Positions 1 through 11,188 of a DNA stretch of 64,000 nucleotides are shown piece after piece. The position numbers and the translations under genes are program-made. The stretch covers positions 13,144,001 through 13,208,000 of the forward strand of contig CM120641.1 in assembly GCA_051362555.1 (NCBI GenBank), given 5' to 3'. Source of the stretch: Lingula anatina (lineage: Eukaryota; Animalia; Brachiopoda). Under the pieces are notes generated by a model. It was not told where the DNA came from, did not search any database, and worked only from the letters and a program-made list of their open reading frames with translations. Positions within the stretch are counted from its first letter, which is position 1; the number at the start of each line of letters is the position of its first letter.

Positions 1-717
1 CCATCGAGTTTTCATTCATTTATTTAAAATTTTTACTTTTTTAAAATTATTAAAGACAGTTAGTTTGTCCAAGTCAAAGCATCGGTAAGATTCATTACCC
101 CGTGGGAACCAGGGAAGGTTGACAGTTTGTTAAGCAAAACGATAAAATATGAAACTTTCAAAATTTGAGTATTAAGATCCTTGTGCTTTTTGCCTTAACC
201 TATAAGCTCACAGCTCCCCTTCCGATATTTTAGTTTTAGCATTTCACTCCCTCTCAGTCCATCATCCGCGGCAGTCTCTACTTTCTCTGAATACAGAATT
301 TAGGATGAGATGGAGGCAAGACGCGCCTCCTATTTTATACAGGAGATATTGACGTACGCTGTAGATGCATTCGCCAGTAGACTTGTGACTTTTAAGGAGA
401 ACATTCCGATGGTAATTGTGTATAAATTTGAAGACATTCGGTGCATGGTGTCTTTTGATATTTATTGCATTTTTTTACTTCCATAGAAATCACTGTGGAA
501 AACCTTTATGTAAGGGGATGCATTTTCCTAAATTCAAGAACACATTAAAACCAGGAAAAAGTTTTTATAGTGCCATTAACTCTTCTTGGAAGTGATTAAC
601 TGAAAAGTACGTGAATAAAGTCACTTTGAAGGTCATGATTGTATTTTACTGCGCAATAAAGTAACATTTAAAAACAAACTTGTCGGTGTACATTTGCAGT
701 GGGACTGAACATTGTGG

Positions 718-3700
718 ATGATGAATAAACGCCGTGCTCAGCAAATCGGTCTCTTTTTGCTGGTGCTGAACGTTGTCTTTATACAGACAGTAGCAGATCC
801 GTGTACACCTGGTGATCCTGACCAATACCGGACTTTTGAAGCGTCGACATGGGTAAGAAACCGAGCGATAACAGCTGACTTAGTAACGATGAGTCTTATA
901 TGCGACAGGTAAATTTAAACTGTTCCTATCTGCATTATTATTTCAATTATTTTTGTTACTGTTATCATTATGAGCAAGCCTATTGCATGCACCCATGCTG
1001 GGCGAATAGAGGTTATAGGCCTACCATTCAATTTGGCCATTCCCCCCCCCCCCCCCCGCACGCACACACACACACACACACACATCCCAGTGAGACCCAC
1101 CAGTAAAACCATAGATTCACACAGAACGTCATTAATATAATGTTAAAGGTTTAACTTTTGGTAAGTTTAAAGTGTGGTAACCTCGAAATACTAGAGAAAA
1201 CAGCTTTACACCTTATGCTTGTTCTTTAAGGGATAACAACTCTGCGTATGATATCCATATTTCACAATAAATACATTGTAAACATTTCATAGAAGTACAT
1301 ACGTCACTTAACGCAATTATTCTGGAATTTGTCTGGAATTTGTGCTTGCTATCACATCACGTGACCTCCAATGATGGCTACACTCTATGATAATCTCTTA
1401 AGAGAACATTACAAAAAAAACTTTTTAGAAAAAAAAACAGGACTAACTTTGAATATCAGAATGGATTCAGTAACTATTGGTAAGTAGGGCCTATGGGAAA
1501 ATTGCCCTTTACCCCAGGAAAATCAATTTTTGGCTTAAATGAACAGTTGTTATCCCTTAAATGGATCTGTTAAAACCTGAAACTCCTACCTCTTTTAGGA
1601 GCAGGCATTAAAATTTGGTTGCAAAAGAGGCATCTTTTATTACTGCAGGTACCTGTCCCCTACGTCATGGTACCGATTCACTGACAAGCAGGGGGACCGG
1701 ATGGCAGATGCCACGCCTAAGGCGCCTGTGCCGATGCAGTGCGGAACTGGTGCCCCCGTCTTCTTACGGGACCCTCACCCAACCTTGGAAGAAGGGGAGA
1801 AAACTGAAGCTAGAGTCTGTGCTAACTACGGCATTCCTAATGATGATTGTAGTTGGACTGGAATCGTCTACATCAAGCATTGTCCTAGTCGGTTCGATAT
1901 GGACGGGTTTTACATCTATCGTGTTCAGCCTCCACCTGCTTGTCCCATGGCGTATTGTGGCGTAGGTAATATTCACTTATACTTTTTTCCAGAGCAACGA
2001 AATCCACCCTTATATCCTGAAACAGTATTACCAATTACAGTTAGGCTTCGTTCACATGCAATGTCTATTTTCTATTTTCTATTTTCGGTATGTCTTATGA
2101 TCACGGTCTGTGCACTGAATATCCCGCCGCGTAATTACTGGCAGCGCGAGCCAGTTACTTATAGTAACTTATAGTAACTGGCTCGCGCTGCCAGTAATTA
2201 CGCCGCGGGATATTCAGTGCACAGACCGTGATCATAAGACATACCGAAAATAGAAAATAGAAAATAGACATTGCATGTGAACGAAGCCTTAGTTTAAGAT
2301 GTTATGGAAAGACTATAATAAATATAACATACAATAAAAGTATTAAAGTAATCAAACTTGCAGCCAAATGCCATATGTAGGCCTATATTTGTTCCGTTCT
2401 TTGTTAACCAGGCACTGGAGCTGAAAAATGCCCCCCTGGGAAGTTACTGGATGGACAGCATTGTATCCGTAAGTTACTGACAAGATACGTCAGGTCTACC
2501 CAACTACCAGACTCGGCGCATAAGGATCCTGAATTAACCGGTATATCGGACCACACTACCCGTTTTCAAGGTGTGTGTCAGATCGCATTTCGGAGTATCA
2601 TACCCCAGAACAAATTTTGTAGGACGACCGCGGACTCATTCACGCTCGGCTGTCACCTTGATTGGATAATAAACGATTGTCGTAATATGATTTAAAACCC
2701 GGATGCATAAATTTGAAAGCCACCCAGAGCAACCTTATACTGTACTCTTACTTTAGAGTACTCTATTTTATTGTCTACATGGGGTATATGGGGACTTTAC
2801 GACATTCGGTTTGAATGCTTTAACCACTTTTGATAAGGCGTTTTCGCATTCTTTTAGATTAATGTGGCAGTCTAAGGTTGTTCTAGGTGGTTTTCAAATT
2901 TATGCACCCGGTTTTAAAATCATATAGCGTTTTACGACAATCGTTTACTATCCAATCAAGGTGACAGCCGAGCGTGGGCTCATCCTGTCGGTGTTCTGAC
3001 TAATACTCCGAAATGCGATCTGACACACACCTTGAAAACGGGTAGTGTGGTCCGATATACCGGTGAATTCTGGATCATTCGGTGCCGAGTCTGGTAGTTG
3101 GGTAGGCCTGTACATCATATCATGTTTTTAAGTACTGATCAAGTGCTGGAAACAAGTTACATTTTGCGTAAAAAATCGCATAAATCAGAATTAAATGATG
3201 TTTCTGAAAAACCCTTAAATGGTAATGAAGACCGTTTTCCTTATTGTTCCTACCCATATAAAACATGTTCACCCTTTTACCGTAAGCTGCCTATCCAGAA
3301 GCTGCAGGTCGCCCGGAGATTACTCCCCCTCGCCTGACCGGTAACACGTTCCATTTTGGTTGTGTTGTCCGTTACAATGGCATTATGCCTGAGAGGGCGA
3401 GATTTCAGGTTCAGTTTTTGGCTGATGGACATCCGTTTGGTGGTCTCCATACGGCTTCCGATGACCATAACTGGCACGTACATATGAACCCCATGGATTT
3501 GAAGGGGAATTTAGGGAAACACGTGAGTAAAAATTACAAAATCTACCTTGTGTTTCTTCAAAAATGATTTCCAATTGATAAATAAACTACAGGTAATACT
3601 ACATGACGGTTTGAAAGGGTTTTAATTTTGTTTGTTTGATTGTTCCGTTTTTACATTTTAATTAGTCATTTTGGCTGTATAGTACATGTATATTCACAGG

Positions 3701-6700
3701 TTATATCTTTTGTCGAGATCAAAATGTGTTCATATCCACTAATAGGCAATTTTGTTAAAAAAAAACATCATGCCATTTATTTGGGCACAACACAAACCCC
3801 CTCCAATGTTAGTGCAAGGCACGTCTTTTATTTCAATTGCTCTCTCTACAGACATATTGTACAATGTTTTTATGCAAGACATTTTTATTCCTTTGGAGTG
3901 AAGTTCTGTAAACATATTTAAATCTTGTGGGGCAATTATTTTTAACAGATAAGATGTCAGGTTCGACCTTATTGGAGCGGCCACGCCATTACAAGCAGAC
4001 CTGTCATCAGCAGAAATAACTACTTTGCTGGAATAAAGGTTTGTTTCCGTATATTGTAGATCTGCTTTTACAGTATATTGTAAACTCAGTTTTTACTGAT
4101 TAAAAAAATTATATTACTATAGTAATAAATGCTCTATATGTGTCTTATTTCATTGAATATTTATGACGAAACAATTAAAAAATACCACCCTTAAAAACTG
4201 CAGAAATTATAATTAAAAAGGAGACCCCACACACGCAGAAAGTCATTATGGCGTGAGAGAGATGGCAATTTTAATTTCGGTTGGAACGAACTTATTCTTA
4301 GCTCAATTATTTTCCCACATATTCGCGCCATTATTTTGCACAAAATAAAAGTTATTTCATGCAATTGCAAAATAGGCACATTCTGTCTTTCATCATGCTT
4401 GTCATCGTCTCCAGATAGCAGATATTAACGGTAATGACATCAACCAGATAGTCGTGCGGAAAGACGCACCGGAACCCACAGAAATCCAGTTATATTCAAC
4501 AATTCCTGTCACCATGGAGACACACAAAATTATGTTTATACCTGGTTTGGAGAGCCAACTTTCTGTAACCTTGCGCACTGAGAGCCCCGGTGTGGCCAAG
4601 ACCGTCGTAACATCTACATGCGAGACGATATTCCTTCAACGAGACTGGAATCAGACGGCACATAAATTGTTTGGAAGCAAACCCGTCAAAATACAAGCCG
4701 TGATGGACAATGCACGGCCATCTGGTCGACCAGACATCCCCAAACTGTTGTATTTTACACCGATACCAGCGGCGCTGGGACAGAGCATTTGGGAAAATTA
4801 TGTTCTTCCAGCATTCCAGGTAAATTGATTTTACGTTAAATTTTATACATGTATACTCAAAAGTGTTGCTTTTTTATCATAGAAAACGTACATCCGAGTT
4901 ATCTAAATGTCAAAAATGAATGTAATGAAATGGGCACCACATGATATGTACTATAACACAACACCCAATAAGACGCTACTCGCAGAGACCAGATAGACTG
5001 GTGTTAGTCAAAATGACTAATCACGATAGTCAAACGCAGCTAACTTACGCCTAGCCAAACGTTGTGACTGCAGATAAGTCGACCATTCGCCGTTAAGGTT
5101 GTCTGATTAAGTTAATCTCAGTACTAGCAGTAAATGTAATCCTTCTGTCGTAATTGTCGCTAGACAGCTTAGGGGGAGATCCAGAAAACTTTGTGGAAAG
5201 AGGCTGATCCAGAATTTCACAAACCGGAATTTATGCAACCCTCGGTCACCGCTACTGAAAAAATCTCTCTGCAACATGGAATATCACACGTAGACGAGAC
5301 ATTATAAACTATCTGAACGTTTTTTTTATGCCAAAAATGAACACTAAAATAGTAATTAGAAAAGAAACATTGGCATCTCACCATTTTAAAAATTGCAGAA
5401 TTTAGTACTGCGGGAAAGGTAAATGAAGGTGAAGTCAAAATGAAGATAGATCTGCATTCTGCTTCTTGAAAGGAAGAGACAGCGTTACTATATTTACAAC
5501 AAGAAGTTAATAAGAGGCTCTAATTAGAGGCTTAAATACATTAATGTCTAGGTAACCACAGTAGATGTGAGCACGGGAATTTGCACTAGTGTCACGGATC
5601 CCCATCTGAAAACATTTGATGGCAGGTGAGTAATCCTAAGGGAAAATTTATTACATACATGTGATGAACCCTTACGAGACATGTTTATCAAAATGTCTGC
5701 TTTTCCTCTTAAAATCATTTAAATAGTTAATTGGATGCGAATGATGTTAGCTAACGATAATATCTCATAGTTAATTGGATGCGAATGATGTTAGCTAACG
5801 ATAATATGCTCTTGTTAAATGTTCACGAATCTTGTGGTAAGGATGTTAAGTCAAGTCGGGTAATAAATCAAATTTGATTGGGTTTTTATTATTCAATTAA
5901 ATGAAAGTGAAGTTGCATGTGCCGAACTAAGTGGCGCTTTTTATGTCATTTTAAAAAAGCCTTTTTATAAAATTTATACAAGTCTTTTTATGTAATTTAT
6001 TTATTTACAGAAGGGTGACAAAAGCATTGCACCATTTCGTTTTAAGGTGAACAACAATTGGATACGTTAGGTTTTTAAATTGGTATTTTATTAAAAACTG
6101 ATTATGTCAAGTTAGGGTGTATTCCCAGAGCTTTTAGATCGATCTATCCCCGCGGGGAGTCTCACTAGATTACTGTCAGATAATCCGGCTTAAATGTCCG
6201 TCCCGCCTACTACAAGCTGTAAGGGGGTAATTAACTTTCGTGTAGGCTCGCCTGACAGCAATTTAGCGTGAACCCCCAGGGAGTTAGGTCGATCTAAAGT
6301 AGATCGATCTAATCTCTGGAAATGGGGTCTTAGTATCTTTACTACAGATTTACAAGCCAGTGGTTTGCCCTTACAAAACGCATGTTTTTATGTCATCATT
6401 TATGTTTTGTAGGATCCTTCTGGGCATAAACTGATAACGGTTTAGTAATCTTCTGAGAGCTATGTTTGCACAAGCTGTAAAGACACTTTGGATGAGAGCG
6501 TTTCTGGTAAAGGGGCGATCCTCTCACTTCACAGTTTTCAATGGGGGTTTGCGTCTGGTGATTGGGCAAGCCAGTCCACCCGGTCGTTCAGGTTTCCAGC
6601 ACCAACCCCAGTTCACCAATTGCGAAGAAACTAATACACCCCCAAACCATTATGTAAGTGCACTGTCTGGCAAGGAAATGCATATTCTTTGGCAGATAAG

Positions 6701-8314
6701 AAGTGGACGTTGTTCTCCATACCTTCATTCGTCCACCCATGTTGTAAACACTAAATATGATCTCATCAGAAAATCCAAAATGGCCCCAGTTCTGACCTAC
6801 GGTCCATGCAATGCTACTTGCAGCGCATATCACTCTTATATTAATCTGTTTACCAAGGTGATAAGTGGTTTTCATCTGGGAACCCTTGTGTTAGTTTTAG
6901 AAGCATGGATGCTTCTTTGGCCAGTTCTTTTGCACAAGCACAGCAAAGCTAATTCGCTGCACAATTCAAATTCCCTAAGCTTTGACAGCAAAAGGACGCC
7001 TGTTGTCTCTGGCACGTGTGTTCTTCAGGCTACTTTGTGGTAACTTATGGCCATTACCAGTGTCTTCCATCCTTCTGCAAACTCCGTATACAGTCTTACC
7101 AAACACACTATGTCTGGTGGCTGTCTGGGGACATCTATATCTTTCTCCCTCAGAGAATCTATTTATTTCCTTTCTTCATTTGTGACCTCCTGTACCTTCA
7201 CCATAGTAGCAACTTGGCAGCCATTAGGGCGTTACACCTTCGATGTCACCATTTATAGAACATATGGAGGAAAATTCATCACTGGTTACGCGAGCAATAA
7301 ACCGTGCATCACTTTTTCAAGAGCGGGCCCACATGTCACATAGTGCATTATTCACACGGGTGGTGCAATACTTTCGTCAGCCTTCTGTAGTTTTTTTTCT
7401 TTTTTTTAATATAACTGCAATATAAACCTTACACAAGCTTCCAAGCTGTGTTACCCATGCTTACCGTCGTCGTCAAATGAGAATTTGAGAATAATGGGGA
7501 TTTTCAAGAAAGTGCAGAAGTCTGGCCCGTTTTTTGTTAGTGACTAATGGAATGAAATTATCTTTTAAATCTCGTGTGTCTTCTTATTTTTATAGACGAT
7601 TTGATATCCTGCGTGAGTTTGGAGAATTCGTCCTAACTAGATCAAAATATGGTGAATTTGAGGTAACAATTTCATTTAAAGCTTTTCGAGAAATAGCTAC
7701 ATTGACAAGTTGTTAAATCAATTGTAAGGTTAAGCCTTTGATGATCGAAAAAGAAGGTTTCGATGTTATCTTTTTGTATCAATTACCGGGTTTTTACTTT
7801 TTATTTCATTTTCGAAAAACTTATTTATTTTCTGTTCAAGGTTCGCGAACGGCATTGGTCTTGCTCGAGCTCTGGCGTAGCATGCAACTGCGGGGTGGCG
7901 GCGAGGGAAGGTCCCCACATCTTAATAGTAGACCTTTGCCATGGTAACGTGGACCAACTCCGAAAAACAAAACTACAACCGAGAGTGTATTACAGGACTA
8001 CTGCTATCACTGGGACGTTGCCAAACGGGACGTACATCCATTCTGATTCCACGGGCAAAAAATATGTGGTACGTTTAGTCACAATCTAAGATATACAGTG
8101 TTCAACCATGTGACCTCCATAGATGGCTATACTCTTTTTAGAAAAAAAAACCAGGGACTAACTTTGAATGTAGAAATGGATTCTTTAACCATTGGTAAGG
8201 ATGGGAAATTGTTGTTTACCCCAGGAAGATTCATTTTTTGGCCAAACTTAACAGTTGTTATCCCTTTAAATACAGTATGATTAAATACGATTTAATAAAA
8301 CATATTACCCCACA

Positions 8315-8394
<80 letters not shown>

Positions 8395-10696
8395 TACTCA
8401 TGTCTGTTTTAGTTGAAGTTTACATCTGGCGCCTGGGTGGAGGCCCGCGTAAACAGGTATTGGGGTCTAGATATAACAGTCAGCGTTCCCAGTGGTTACA
8501 AGAAGCACATGGCTGGGTTGTGCGGTAATTATGATGACCAGAGTGATAATGACATCGTTGGATCTCTGCCAAATTTCATTTCAAACAACAAGTAAGTTGT
8601 GGACATCAAACGTTGTGTAATTAAATTTCAAGGTAAGCCTATAAAAGCTCATTACCTAAATGAGTAGATATATTAATTTACAAAGCGTAATATATTCAAT
8701 ATGTCATGATTTAGGCTAATATGATATAACTACATGTAATAACTCTCATATAAGCCCTATTTTCTTTCTTTATTTTTCATTTTATTTTATTTATTTATTT
8801 ATTTTATTTATTATTTTATTATTTATCAAGAGTGACAGTTGAAGACAGCTACTTCGGTCGAAAGCTTCCGTGCCCCTTACCTTTGGCAAGAACCCTTCAA
8901 GACTTCTGCTATTGCAATAAAACGGGGGAAGAGAGATTCGTATGCGACTATGCCAAAGTTGTACCAGATCCAACCGACCTAACGAACATGAAGCCAGTAA
9001 AACCGATCATCACTCCTCAGACATGTGGAAAACGGAAGCGACGGGACATTGAGGACCTTATGATGTCCTCTGATGACGTCATGGAATTTGACGATTACGT
9101 GTACACACCCGTGGTCCCAACTGTACGGCAGCCTGTAGTTATAAAACCCCGTGTTGGGCCTGGTGGGCCTGGTGATGGACCCGGGAGGAATGTGCAGGCT
9201 ATGTTGAAAGCTGTTTCTGTTGACGAAATACCGGTGGTGCTCCAACCTCAGGAGATCAGGCGCATCTGCAGTGAGGCCATCGAGACCTCTTCAATTTCGA
9301 CATTGTGCAAGGATCTCCCCGGGTTTGACGTCAGCTCCACGATGGAAGAATGTATATCTGATATTCAGGTGCGGAAAAGACATTATTCATTTAATCAGTT
9401 TAATTGTATATGTCGTGCTCAAAAGGGACTATTAACTGACTCTTCCGTAAACGCAAACCCTAAAGTGTACCTTTTCTCCCTTTTGGGTAAGGGTGCCACA
9501 TATAACACCCAATTTCTAATGAAAAGGGAAGGATCGCTGTATCCACCGATGTATTTGACAAAGATACACGTATGCAAATAATTAGACGTTTTGACGAAAG
9601 ATTAATTCCCCAAAACTGCACCCAAAGTTACCGATAAATCAATACTATTTAGAAATATATAACACAGGTCAACTTTTTCATGACACTTTTTTTCAATCAA
9701 ACATTCTATTTTTTAATATCCAGTTGACAAACGACATAACGTTTGCAGAAGCCGCTTCCGACAATATGGAGGACCGCTGCATCCAGTATGCATCCACGCT
9801 TTCCAGTGAGAAAGAAAATGTTCAGAAAATCTTGCGTCTTCGCTGTCCTCGCCAATGTAGCGGACAGGGTCGGTGCGACAATGGAAAGTGTCACTGTCAC
9901 GCTGGATTCACTGCTGAGGACTGCTCGGTCAGGACAGATAGCATCCCCAGCGTGTTCTTCAGAATATCTGGGCGCTCTGTGCAAACGCGTTCCTGCGATG
10001 CGCTCAGACGGCCATGTTTGACGACCAGACTTCAAGCGACTGGAGCGTTCTACAGGAGTTCGAATCTCACTTGCAAGATACAACACATAGTGGTGAGTGA
10101 AGAATTGTTTATTTTGAATAATTCGTTTGCATCCGTTCCAGGGATTGGGACGTTATACAGACTGGCCAAATAATTTACAACATAAATGTAGACATGGACA
10201 TAGCATGTTTGTAATTATTACTTTTTAAAAGATGAATCAATACAAATGATAGTGTTTCAGTTTTGTTCTTGTAGCATTTAAAAGATCTAAATAACACCTA
10301 AAATAACCGTGTTTCGTCTAGAGAAAAATTCCGAAAGCTGAGAAAAATGTTTGGGGGAGTTGTTGAAGGTGTACAATAAGTACTTTTGATAAAAAAACCC
10401 CGTATTTTCAGATGACATACAATGGACACGAGTTCGTGGAGAGTGGAGTTACAACCAAAAACACGAAGGCGGAGTTCGTGTCATTCGGCGAAGTGATCTG
10501 CCACATTCCCAGTACAGTGCGGAGTGCTGTGCTAGCGAAACCAATTGCGGGCCAAGCAGTGCATGTTGTTGTTAGATTGCAAATATCAGTCAGTAATGAT
10601 GGCGTTCGATTCTCCAATGAAGTGAATCTGTTAGTGTTTAATTCCAAACGCGTAGAGTATAACAGCCGCACACAGAGCTGGGAACCGAAAGTGTAA
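718..10696 (+). CDS. Secreted von Willebrand factor D and EGF domain-containing (VWDE-like) protein with N-terminal UMOD/GP2/OIT3-type D8C domain, paralog A (about 1011 aa)
   Basis: 13 GT-AG coding exons join in one open frame (3036 nt): 718-908, 1649-1965, 2412-2468, 3287-3522, 3949-4038, 4415-4819, 5552-5625, 7596-7662, 7841-8068, 8413-8591, 8831-9368, 9724-10092, 10412-10696. Signal peptide (IGLFLLVLNVVFIQTVA); D8C motif [38 protein letters not shown]; VWD motifs [31 protein letters not shown]; furin site KRKRR; [31 protein letters not shown]; no TM segment seen. Confidence 0.88.
1230..1556. mobile_element. Non-autonomous TTAA-targeting DNA transposon (Kolobok-like MITE)
   Basis: TTAA|GGGATAACAACT...AGTTGTTATCCC|TTAA; purine-purine termini with TTAA TSD fit Kolobok rather than piggyBac; not present in paralog B intron 1; a 3' fragment of the same family lies at about 8110-8270. 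Confidence 0.65.
2044..2288. mobile_element. Near-perfectly palindromic 245-bp MITE with TTA TSD (PIF/Harbinger, Tourist-like)
   Basis: Arms of about 115 bp (GGCTTCGTTCACATGCAATG...CATTGCATGTGAACGAAGCC); TTA at 2041-2043 and 2289-2291; paralog B has the empty site CCAATTACAG-TTA-GTTTAAG at about 12068-12087. Confidence 0.9.
2491..3110. mobile_element. Fold-back MITE with long imperfect inverted arms (about 250 bp)
   Basis: CAGGTCTACCCAACTACCAGACTCGGC...GCCGAGTCTGGTAGTTGGGTAGGCCTG; absent from paralog B intron 3; related copy at 36765-37400. TSD unclear, superfamily not assigned. Confidence 0.85.
6008..7387 (-). mobile_element. Degenerate Tc1/mariner (Tc1-type) transposon in intron 7 of paralog A
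   Basis: TA|CAGAAGGGTGACAAAAGCATTGCACCA...TGGTGCAATACTTTCGTCAGCCTTCTG|TA; minus-strand remnants WGHFGFSDE and CCAATCACCAGACGCAAACCCCCATTGAAA (Tc1 QSPDLNPIE motif); multiple frameshifts. Confidence 0.85.
6115..6329. mobile_element. 215-bp Harbinger-like MITE with TTA TSD nested in the Tc1 relic
   Basis: TTA|GGGTGTATTCCCAGAG...CTCTGGAAATGGGGTC|TTA; paralog B shows the empty site ATGTCAAG-TTA-GTATCTTTAC at about 16146-16166. Confidence 0.85.
8317..8391. repeat. (TA)n microsatellite just upstream of exon 10 of paralog A
   Basis: Direct reading; a shorter (TA)n at the same position in paralog B (about 18364-18411); another at about 50798-50849. Confidence 0.95.
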
Positions 10697-10703
10697 GAGC
10701 TTC

Positions 10704-10794
10704 GTACATTTGCATTGGGGCTAAACATTGTGAAAGATGAATATACGCCGTACTTGGCAAATCGGTCTCTTTTTGCTAGGGCTGTGTGTCTTTA
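10704..10794 (+). pseudogene. Third, truncated copy of the VWDE-like signal-peptide exon at the duplication junction
   Basis: GTACATTTGCATTGGGGCTAAACATTGTGAAAGATGAATATACGCCG...ATCGGTCTCTTTTTGCTAGGGCTGTGTGTCTTTA aligns to about 688-780 and 11157-11246; the splice acceptor TTTGCAG is mutated to TTTGCAT. Confidence 0.85.
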
Positions 10795-11188
10795 AACCCT
10801 CGTTGGAGGCAACCCAGGCCTCCTGCAGGAGAAAATTGCAGTATTAAAGAAAGAACACATTCTGATGCTAGTTACATGTATGTATGTATATACGTATAAA
10901 TTTGATGACACTCGGTGGTGTTTTTAACCTTTATTGCCTTTTTTAACTTCTATGGAAATTAGTGTGGAAAACCACATTTAAAGGGTTGCATGTTCTTAAA
11001 TTCAAGGACACATTAAAACCAATAAGAAGTTTTTATAGTGCCATTAACTCTTATTAGAAGTAATTAACCGAAAAGCACGCGAATAAAGTCACTTTGAAAG
11101 TCATTGTTATATTTTACTGCGCAATAAAGTAACATTTAAAAACAAACTTGTCGGTGTGCATTTGCAGTGGAGTTGAACATTGTGGAAG

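Noticed and set aside
900-1112. ORFs with PPPPP/HTHTH or VCVCV runs (also 30367-30558 and 58814-59039)
   Set aside because: Translations of poly-C and (CA)n or (CT)n microsatellites.
6462-7043. 193-aa plus-strand ORF
   Set aside because: Antisense to the decayed Tc1 transposase inside intron 7; not preserved in the paralogous copy.
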